From Phaeosaccion multiseriatum (lineage: Eukaryota; Protista; Ochrophyta, other classes): a stretch of 64,000 bases of DNA. The position numbers and the translations under genes are program-made. A model generated the notes under the pieces. It searched no databases. It saw only the letters and a list, made by a program, of their open reading frames with translations, and was not told where the DNA came from. Position 1 is the stretch's first letter. The number at the start of each line of letters is the position of its first letter. Below, one piece after another: positions 55,960-64,000 of the stretch. Where the stretch lies: NCBI GenBank assembly GCA_965112735.1, contig OZ218963.1:2480001-2544000 (forward strand), read 5' to 3'.

Positions 55960-56044
55960 GCACTGAGCTTGCAGCCTATATTACACACTTTAAGTTTGCG
56001 TTTCCTGACATCTAAACAGAATTCCCATGGTCATCGGCCGTTTT

Positions 56045-56584
56045 CTAATACTCACTGTCCACGAACGATTTCATCATTGATTTCGACGCGTAGTCCACTT
56101 CGTCGAGGTCGTTTTTACACAGATGTTGGCGTTTCCTTGTAGGAATTTCCGTGTCATGACGTTCGAAGAATAGATCATTGAATGTCCATCGTGAACTAGA
56201 GGGAAGGAGCCATGCATCTCCCCACACGGCGACGTTCACTTGGTTACTGTCGGCCGATTCCACCGGGTCGATTGTCGTCACCATGACGTAAGCAGAAGGT
56301 GAATTCTCCGAGAATATCGTGTGTTGTTCACCGGGTCGAATCTGTATACGCGAGAAAATCGTGTGCCTCGAAGGACTATGAAGTGGCGGCTTTGGTCTCA
56401 CACAGATCGAAATGGTCCTATTCGAGAGGTTTTGAAAGTGAAAATATCCACTCCCTTGGAGAGTCTTTGTCATCTCTTCACCTCTTGTCAATAGAGAAGG
56501 TTCGAGTTTCTCATCATGAGGGTCGCGGGGTGTGCTACACTCCGTCATTTTCTGTTTGACAAGGGGATACATATACAGGCACAT
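56045..56584 (-). CDS. Hypothetical protein
   Basis: 179-aa ORF; start uncertain. Confidence 0.55.
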   Translation of the reverse strand: MCLYMYPLVKQKMTECSTPRDPHDEKLEPSLLTRGEEMTKTLQGSGYFHFQNLSNRTISICVRPKPPLHSPSRHTIFSRIQIRPGEQHTIFSENSPSAYVMVTTIDPVESADSNQVNVAVWGDAWLLPSSSRWTFNDLFFERHDTEIPTRKRQHLCKNDLDEVDYASKSMMKSFVDSEY

Positions 56585-56755
56585 ATATTGAGGCCCAAAA
56601 TATACACTTTAAATTCTCCTGGTCACAGTTTAATCATAACGTTTTCTCCAAGGTCTCTTGTGATGATAGCGTATAACGATCGACTTCCGTCGGGTTTGTA
56701 GGGAGGGTGTGGTACATTGTCAACTAGACTTTCGTATTCTTCGCCTATTAATTAA

Positions 56756-58288
56756 GTGAGTTTTCTCACAGAAATCTCAGAACTGACTAGGAGTATGTAT
56801 GATGAGGATAAAAAAATTGGGAATATACAAATAGGAGTTGCTCGTTTGAACATTTTTTTATGTGTTCATCACGTAAATGCGCACGGAATGTCCCTCGGTG
56901 CGACAATCCGTTTCCCCTTTCGAGGGCCCATACCATTGCCTGTAGACGGGGGGATGGTGTACAACTTCTTCGAGCGCATCTCTGACACTCCGCAGACCGG
57001 GGAGATCGACCGCCATATTCAAAATCAGTGGACGTATTTCCCCGAGTATGTGGAGGACGAGGTATACGGCAAGGTTCTTCTCTGCGGGGAGAGGTCGATG
57101 TTCGCGGATGAAAACGGGGTCACGAAAAATGACTTAGACTCTTCGATATCTATTTGGATCCACATTGGAGAGGAGGACCAGCGAGGTGCGATACTGTCAT
57201 CAAGTGTAGGAAATGATCGCCATTCTGTGCTTTTGGAAATGTCAAAAACGGGAGAAGAAGTTTGGTTCGCGGTCAGATCGACTGACAAAACCTCTGCGGG
57301 AAGGGTTGCGGACAAGGCAAAGAAAACCGTATCCTATAACTTGTCGGGTTGGACGCACATTTCGTTACAGCGGGGTGCATCGGCGTCAAGTTTTGCGATG
57401 TACGTGAACGGGAAGGCCGTAAACATGGTGTTAGACCAAGCATTAGTCGGTTTCTCGGGACGCAAAATGGATCGACTTGGCTCGGCGGGATTTGGGAGGG
57501 CCCACTTCAAGGGCAAGGTTACAGACTACAGGATATACGACTTTATTCTGGCCGAACAAGACGTGGTCAATCTGTACGCTGAGGGTCCCAATCCGGACTC
57601 GCGACCCGATGCGGCGTCGGACACGGTCCCGGGCCTCATCTCCATCGCCGACCATGACAAGGGCTCCGCCGGGATTAGCGTGAATGTGGCTACAAACGGG
57701 GATGGGGAAATATACATGGTGCAATGTCGAACGGAGGAGGACCCCGTGCAGATAGATAACGAGTTCGTGTTCTCGGACAACACCACGCAGAACGTCGTGT
57801 TTTCCGGGCTACGTCCAGACACGACCTACACGGTTTCCATCTCCCCCAGTCCCCCGCTGGTGAAGACAGTCATTGTTTTCTCGAACGGTAAATCCAACCT
57901 TCACTTCGCAGAAATACAGGCCCTGGGCTCGGACAACCACAACTATTCTCTGGACGATGGCGTGGAGGTGTACCAGACCACGGTGGGATCCGAGGGCGTT
58001 GCTTCGAGAGCTATCGACGGGAATACCAGCGGAACTTACACGCAAGGATCTGTCACACATACCTCCGGGGGACGCATGACTACTGACGGAAAGCCCCTAA
58101 ACTACTTTCGCCTCGATTTCCCCGACCCCGTGCCCGTGGACCGTTTCGTTATATACAACAGGACTGACAATCAAACTTCATTGAACAAACTTTCAGGCGC
58201 ATTTGTCAAAGTGTTTGGTACTCAAAGAGAAGAAATTGCTTCTGAAAAACTGACAAATGCCAGAACACAGACGGTCTCTCTGGCTTGA
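56756..58288 (+). CDS. LamG + FN3 + F-type lectin/discoidin-like protein (likely start 56888)
   Basis: SISIWI...GWTHI...MYVNG...DYRIYD; GLRPDTTYTVSI; ASRAIDGNT...THT...IYNRTD. Confidence 0.8.
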   Translation: MSFLTEISELTRSMYDEDKKIGNIQIGVARLNIFLCVHHVNAHGMSLGATIRFPFRGPIPLPVDGGMVYNFFERISDTPQTGEIDRHIQNQWTYFPEYVEDEVYGKVLLCGERSMFADENGVTKNDLDSSISIWIHIGEEDQRGAILSSSVGNDRHSVLLEMSKTGEEVWFAVRSTDKTSAGRVADKAKKTVSYNLSGWTHISLQRGASASSFAMYVNGKAVNMVLDQALVGFSGRKMDRLGSAGFGRAHFKGKVTDYRIYDFILAEQDVVNLYAEGPNPDSRPDAASDTVPGLISIADHDKGSAGISVNVATNGDGEIYMVQCRTEEDPVQIDNEFVFSDNTTQNVVFSGLRPDTTYTVSISPSPPLVKTVIVFSNGKSNLHFAEIQALGSDNHNYSLDDGVEVYQTTVGSEGVASRAIDGNTSGTYTQGSVTHTSGGRMTTDGKPLNYFRLDFPDPVPVDRFVIYNRTDNQTSLNKLSGAFVKVFGTQREEIASEKLTNARTQTVSLA

Positions 58289-58360
58289 TCAACGCGTTTA
58301 ATTACTTTGCTTTTCGAATGCGTAAAATAAGGATAAAAATGTTTAATAAAGTATTAAAGT

Positions 58361-58618
58361 ATGGAGACCGTCGCGTTGAAGGCGGCCGAAACAGTTGCGA
58401 CGACCGCTGCTGGGGACATAACGACGAGCATCGCTGACGACGGGATAAAGGCGGCCGAGGAAGACAGTCAACAGAAGACGACCAGTCTCCTCAAGCAAAT
58501 TGCCGCGAAGTCGCTTGTTCTACTTTGCCTCTTCGCACTCTCCTTGTTCGCAAGGTTTCTCTATAATAAACGGCCCTTCTCGAAGAAAATTGGTGCGCAG
58601 GGGTCGCCAGATTTATAA
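58361..58618 (+). CDS. Small membrane protein
   Basis: One hydrophobic segment SLVLLCLFALSLFARFLY. Confidence 0.55.
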   Translation: METVALKAAETVATTAAGDITTSIADDGIKAAEEDSQQKTTSLLKQIAAKSLVLLCLFALSLFARFLYNKRPFSKKIGAQGSPDL

Positions 58619-58634
58619 TGTCATTTCATAGCAA

Positions 58635-58997
58635 ATGAGCATTGATTGGAACTCGCACTTACTCAAGGAGTTCTGCTATCGAGCGTTCGTGACCTCCGTG
58701 TACGACGGGGACACGATTACATGCGACATAGACCTCGGATTCGGGATCTTTGCGACAAAGCAGAAAATTCGGATGTTTGGCATCAACACAGAGGAGATTC
58801 GCGGGGAAAACAGGGAAGATGGATTGGTAGCGAGAGATTTTCTCAGAGAAAAAATACTCGACAAGGAGATTATCATATATACACTCAAGGACAAAAAGGG
58901 AAAATATGGACGAATGTTAGGAGTTGTTTTTCTTCGAGGAGAAAATATCAACAATCTGATCGTCGATGAGGGATTGTCGCAAATTGTTTTATATTGA
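58635..58997 (+). CDS. Staphylococcal nuclease (thermonuclease)-like protein
   Basis: VYDGDTI, IRMFGINTEE, GKYGRMLG, NINNLIVDEGL. Confidence 0.9.
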   Translation: MSIDWNSHLLKEFCYRAFVTSVYDGDTITCDIDLGFGIFATKQKIRMFGINTEEIRGENREDGLVARDFLREKILDKEIIIYTLKDKKGKYGRMLGVVFLRGENINNLIVDEGLSQIVLY

Positions 58998-59060
58998 GTC
59001 GACAAACTCTAACTATAATCAAAATCGACTCTATAACTATCACAGATTAAATCAATCTCT

Positions 59061-59663
59061 TCACGGGGTAGCGATGTCATCACTTCCTTCTAGTAAATGA
59101 AGTAACTTCCAGGAAAGAGTTCGAAGAAACTCGGTTGCGCCTTCATGGTTGGTGCTGATCTGAGCCATTTTTCGGACTAGTTCCTGGTGTGCTTTTTCGA
59201 CCTTACTCTTATCAATATCGAAGTTTGTTCTCGCTCTCTCATTTGTGTTTTGCGCCACAATGTATTTCACCATGCTATCTGCAGACGAGAAGGGCATTTT
59301 GTCGCATCGGGCGTGGTGGGAAATATATGAAATTTGGAAATAAAGCCAGACAAGGTCGACGGCTGTAGATTTGTCGATGTTGAATATGGTCGACAGTTTT
59401 TCAGATAGATGTAACAGTGTTCTTGATACAAGAGGTGATTCCTCGTAGATATTGATGACAGGTGTTAAATCTTTTGAGACGATTATGAACTGTATCAGAA
59501 CGTCTTTGTAGAACCCCGCCGCGCTCGGATTTGAACACGACTTTAAATACTGTACCGTGTCCTCTTCAGACTTCGGAAGAGAGGGGAGGTCTTCTTCGGA
59601 CGTACTTAGATGAATACTCCCCCTATTCTTTTTCATCGTGAACACAGACCCGGAGTTTCCCAT
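59061..59663 (-). CDS. Hypothetical protein with N-myristoylation motif
   Basis: MGNSGS start (MGxxxS). Confidence 0.6.
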   Translation of the reverse strand: MGNSGSVFTMKKNRGSIHLSTSEEDLPSLPKSEEDTVQYLKSCSNPSAAGFYKDVLIQFIIVSKDLTPVINIYEESPLVSRTLLHLSEKLSTIFNIDKSTAVDLVWLYFQISYISHHARCDKMPFSSADSMVKYIVAQNTNERARTNFDIDKSKVEKAHQELVRKMAQISTNHEGATEFLRTLSWKLLHLLEGSDDIATP

Positions 59664-59720
59664 TTTTCAGTTCATATCAAAGAAAAACAAAACAATTATA
59701 CAAAACAACATGAACCACCA

Positions 59721-59894
59721 ACCTGAAATTCGAATTCGGACCCAGGTCCTCGACGAAATGGATTTCTGAAAATATTATTTTTCGAAAACGAAATCGAAAA
59801 GCAATCGAGTTGCGATGCCACTCGAAAACTTTCACAGAAAAATATAATTCTCAAAATCCATTTCGTCGAGGACCTGGGTCCGAATTCGAATAAG
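59721..59894. repeat. Palindromic element, copy D (inverted; last ~4 bp lost at the duplication junction)
   Basis: Same arms; spacer-proximal sequence is the reverse complement of copy A. Confidence 0.9.
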
Positions 59895-59989
59895 GCTACG
59901 TAATGTTATGAAAACACACTCCCACTGGACAATGTGTGAAAATGACCACATCTCATTATACTTATCTATCCGGATGAGAATATGCCACA

Positions 59990-61336
59990 CTTCCGTCGGA
60001 CTACGGGAGGTATTGTATGAAAAGCGCCAAACCCCCGAACTATCCGTAGATATTGGTGAGAATAGGTCGCACTTCCATCGGACTACGGGAGGTATTGTAT
60101 GAAAAGCGCCAAACCCCCGAACTATCCGTAGATATTGGTGAGAATAGGTCGCACTTCCATCGGACTACGGGAGGTATTGTATGAAAAGCGCCAAACCCCC
60201 TATCTATCCGTAGATATTGGTGAGAATAGGTCACACTTCCATCGGACTATGGGAGGTATTGTATGAAAAGCGCCGATTCTCGGTCTACTCATCTATCCTA
60301 CCGAGAACGGAACACACTTCCATTGGACTCTGAATGGGGTGATATGAAAAAAGGGTCAATCCCAAATCCATCAATAGATTCTGATGAAGAATCAAGACTG
60401 ACTCTTTTCGTTTCTTCAAAAAAAGTAATAGTTGGCTCCCCCCGATTCTGGTCCGGTGGAAGGGCGATTTGAATAAAAATGGATATACGTGCATTTGTGT
60501 GTTTAAATACCTGTATGTACGTGGCATGTGTGTGTAATTGGAAGCGTGTTTACATAAGGTTACGTAATGTTATGAAAACACACGCCCACTGGACAATGCG
60601 TGAAAATGACCACATCTCATTATACTTATCTATCCGGATGAGAATAGGTCGCACTTCCATCGGACTACGGGAGGTATTGTATGAAAAGCGCCAAACCCCC
60701 GAACTATCCGTAGATATTGGTGAGAATAGGTCGCACTTCCATCGGACTACGGGAGGTATTGTATGAAAAGCGCCAAACCCCCGAACTATCCGTAGATATT
60801 GGTGAGAATAGGTCGCACTTCCATCGGACTACGGGAGGTATTGTCTGAAAAGCGCCAAACCCCCGAACTATCCGTAGATATTGGTGAGAATAGGTCGCAC
60901 TTCCATCGGACTATGGGAGGTATTGTCTGAAAAGCGCCAACCCCCTATCTATCCGTAGATATTGGTGAGAATAGGTCGCACTTCCGTCGGACTACGGGAG
61001 GTATTGTCTGAGAAGCGCCGATTCTCAGTCTACTCATCTATCCTACCGAGAACGGAACACACTTCCATTGGACTCTGAATGGGGTGATATGAAAAAAGGG
61101 TCAATCCTAAATCCATCAATCGATTCTGATGAAGAATCAAGACTGACTCTTTTCGTTTCTTCAAAAAAGTAATAGTTGGCTCCCCCCGAGTTTCGTCCGA
61201 TGGGAGGGCGATTTGAATAAGAATGGATATACGTGCATTTGTGTGTTTAAATACCTGTATTTACGTGGCATGTGTGTGTAATTGGAAGCGTGTTTACATA
61301 AGGTTACGTAATGTTATGAAAACACACGCCCACTGG
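59990..61336. repeat. Duplicated part of the 82-bp satellite
   Basis: Copy of ~53674-55020. Confidence 0.92.
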
Positions 61337-61393
61337 AACCAGTGATTGATGATCAAGATAAATTGCGTCATTTTTTATAAATCCTAACTTTAT

Positions 61394-62275
61394 TTACATG
61401 CAATACTTTGTGTCGAACATATATTCGATGTCTTCCTTTACTGAAGGGGTTAGGAAGAGTTCACACAGACGATTCTGTGCAGGTGATATCGTGTGCTCAA
61501 ATGGCTCATAAAACCTGAACGTCGTCATGCGCTCCAACGTCTTCCCGTCCTTGTGCCTTTGATTTGGAATGCCCAGCGCGGCGGACAGCTTCTTGCGCCT
61601 CCTGAAGAACTCCTTTTGATCAATGTCTTTCGGCATGATGCGGCACAGATACTCAGTGGTGGCGGATAAGAGTCTGTACCCGGCCAGGGTCGAGGTCCTG
61701 GTCATGCACGACCGGGTGTGTTCCAGGAGGCCGCTGACGGCGACGTCGTCGAGGTTTTCCAGGACGGTGTTTGCGAATGCGCATGTCTCGAAAATGCAGA
61801 ACATGACGGCCTCGGTGCACATTGTCTCGCGCGTTTTGGCGTCGGCGTGACTGTAATTCGCGGCGTCCGTCCACAGATTGTTCATGTTGATCTTGACCGG
61901 GGTGTCATCTTCGAAAATGCAGTGTCTCCCACGGAGCTTAGTGTACCTCTTTGTGTACTTTCGTATGTTTTCCCCGACCCGGTCGCCGACCCCGAAGGCC
62001 TTCTTGAACTTGTCGGGCCCGTCGGTTCGGATGTGTCCGACGTAGTCCCTCAGCATCCTCCACACGTCGAAGCTGTTCTGGGAGTACTTGAACATGACGG
62101 GCTTCGTCTCGCCGCATCGGACAATCTCGAATATGAGGGAGAGGTTGTAGCCCAGGACCTTCTCGCGTTCAGAGAGAACGAGTACCGCGATCTCGGTCGG
62201 GGATTTACCTCGCACATCAATCATGATGCGGTGCAAACAAAATGGAATCTCAAGTATGTTTTGTTCTAAACACAA
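61394..62275 (-). CDS. Duplicate of 55078-55959
   Basis: Identical translation. Confidence 0.8.
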   Translation of the reverse strand: MCLEQNILEIPFCLHRIMIDVRGKSPTEIAVLVLSEREKVLGYNLSLIFEIVRCGETKPVMFKYSQNSFDVWRMLRDYVGHIRTDGPDKFKKAFGVGDRVGENIRKYTKRYTKLRGRHCIFEDDTPVKINMNNLWTDAANYSHADAKTRETMCTEAVMFCIFETCAFANTVLENLDDVAVSGLLEHTRSCMTRTSTLAGYRLLSATTEYLCRIMPKDIDQKEFFRRRKKLSAALGIPNQRHKDGKTLERMTTFRFYEPFEHTISPAQNRLCELFLTPSVKEDIEYMFDTKYCM

Positions 62276-62360
62276 GCACTGAGCTTGCAGCCTATATTAC
62301 ACACTTTAAGTTTGCGTTTCCTGACATCTAAACAGAATTCCCATGGTCATCGGCCGTTTT

Positions 62361-62900
62361 CTAATACTCACTGTCCACGAACGATTTCATCATTGATTTC
62401 GACGCGTAGTCCACTTCGTCGAGGTCGTTTTTACACAGATGTTGGCGTTTCCTTGTAGGAATTTCCGTGTCATGACGTTCGAAGAATAGATCATTGAATG
62501 TCCATCGTGAACTAGAGGGAAGGAGCCATGCATCTCCCCACACGGCGACGTTCACTTGGTTACTGTCGGCCGATTCCACCGGGTCGATTGTCGTCACCAT
62601 GACGTAAGCAGAAGGTGAATTCTCCGAGAATATCGTGTGTTGTTCACCGGGTCGAATCTGTATACGCGAGAAAATCGTGTGCCTCGAAGGACTATGAAGT
62701 GGCGGCTTTGGTCTCACACAGATCGAAATGGTCCTATTCGAGAGGTTTTGAAAGTGAAAATATCCACTCCCTTGGAGAGTCTTTGTCATCTCTTCACCTC
62801 TTGTCAATAGAGAAGGTTCGAGTTTCTCATCATGAGGGTCGCGGGGTGTGCTACACTCCGTCATTTTCTGTTTGACAAGGGGATACATATACAGGCACAT
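62361..62900 (-). CDS. Duplicate of 56045-56584
   Basis: Identical translation. Confidence 0.55.
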   Translation of the reverse strand: MCLYMYPLVKQKMTECSTPRDPHDEKLEPSLLTRGEEMTKTLQGSGYFHFQNLSNRTISICVRPKPPLHSPSRHTIFSRIQIRPGEQHTIFSENSPSAYVMVTTIDPVESADSNQVNVAVWGDAWLLPSSSRWTFNDLFFERHDTEIPTRKRQHLCKNDLDEVDYASKSMMKSFVDSEY

Positions 62901-63071
62901 ATATTGAGGCCCAAAATATACACTTTAAATTCTCCTGGTCACAGTTTAATCATAACGTTTTCTCCAAGGTCTCTTGTGATGATAGCGTATAACGATCGAC
63001 TTCCGTCGGGTTTGTAGGGAGGGTGTGGTACATTGTCAACTAGACTTTCGTATTCTTCGCCTATTAATTAA

Positions 63072-64000
63072 GTGAGTTTTCTCACAGAAATCTCAGAACT
63101 GACTAGGAGTATGTATGATGAGGATAAAAAAATTGGGAATATACAAATAGGAGTTGCTCGTTTGAACATTTTTTTATGTGTTCATCACGTAAATGCGCAC
63201 GGAATGTCCCTCGGTGCGACAATCCGTTTCCCCTTTCGAGGGCCCATACCATTGCCTGTAGACGGGGGGATGGTGTACAACTTCTTCGAGCGCATCTCTG
63301 ACACTCCGCAGACCGGGGAGATCGACCGCCATATTCAAAATCAGTGGACGTATTTCCCCGAGTATGTGGAGGACGAGGTATACGGCAAGGTTCTTCTCTG
63401 CGGGGAGAGGTCGATGTTCGCGGATGAAAACGGGGTCACGAAAAATGACTTAGACTCTTCGATATCTATTTGGATCCACATTGGAGAGGAGGACCAGCGA
63501 GGTGCGATACTGTCATCAAGTGTAGGAAATGATCGCCATTCTGTGCTTTTGGAAATGTCAAAAACGGGAGAAGAAGTTTGGTTCGCGGTCAGATCGACTG
63601 ACAAAACCTCTGCGGGAAGGGTTGCGGACAAGGCAAAGAAAACCGTATCCTATAACTTGTCGGGTTGGACGCACATTTCGTTACAGCGGGGTGCATCGGC
63701 GTCAAGTTTTGCGATGTACGTGAACGGGAAGGCCGTAAACATGGTGTTAGACCAAGCATTAGTCGGTTTCTCGGGACGCAAAATGGATCGACTTGGCTCG
63801 GCGGGATTTGGGAGGGCCCACTTCAAGGGCAAGGTTACAGACTACAGGATATACGACTTTATTCTGGCCGAACAAGACGTGGTCAATCTGTACGCTGAGG
63901 GTCCCAATCCGGACTCGCGACCCGATGCGGCGTCGGACACGGTCCCGGGCCTCATCTCCATCGCCGACCATGACAAGGGCTCCGCCGGGATTAGCGTGAA
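63072..64000 (+). CDS. Duplicate of the LamG/FN3/lectin gene, truncated by the window end
   Basis: Sequence matches 56756-57684. Confidence 0.75.
   Translation, partial: MSFLTEISELTRSMYDEDKKIGNIQIGVARLNIFLCVHHVNAHGMSLGATIRFPFRGPIPLPVDGGMVYNFFERISDTPQTGEIDRHIQNQWTYFPEYVEDEVYGKVLLCGERSMFADENGVTKNDLDSSISIWIHIGEEDQRGAILSSSVGNDRHSVLLEMSKTGEEVWFAVRSTDKTSAGRVADKAKKTVSYNLSGWTHISLQRGASASSFAMYVNGKAVNMVLDQALVGFSGRKMDRLGSAGFGRAHFKGKVTDYRIYDFILAEQDVVNLYAEGPNPDSRPDAASDTVPGLISIADHDKGSAGISV

Larger units (their letters stand above)
53574..64000. repeat. 6316-bp tandem segmental duplication (53574-59889; second copy from 59890 runs past the window end)
   Basis: Constant 6316 offset of all ORFs; near-identical sequence. 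Confidence 0.95.

Overview
Eukaryotic nuclear DNA, probably from a stramenopile alga (inference). The first ~1.6 kb is low-complexity host sequence. Most of the rest looks like an endogenised giant DNA virus (Nucleocytoviricota-like): intronless, gene-dense ORFs for dUTPase, SNF2 helicase, DHFR-TS, a protein kinase, an SNase-like nuclease, RING/U-box proteins and LamG/FN3 surface proteins. No capsid or DNA polymerase hallmark gene lies in the window. Main results: (1) an IS607 serine-resolvase + Fanzor2/TnpB element sits inside the kinase gene, and its ends are canonical spliceosomal splice sites (G|GTATGG ... CTCAC ... TAG|G). Splicing would restore the kinase exactly in frame, making it a candidate 'spliceosomal IStron'. 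(2) An IS4-transposase + Fanzor1 element (18-bp TIRs, 8-bp TSD) splits DHFR-TS. (3) A three-LTR Ty3/gypsy composite with swapped 4-bp TSDs brackets an intact intron-containing host protease gene. (4) Four 178-bp palindromic elements recur every ~11-12 kb, and one marks the breakpoint of a 6316-bp tandem duplication. (5) An 82-bp higher-order satellite is flanked by two convergent paralogous unknown genes. All calls come from reading the sequence and motifs by eye; no database search was run.
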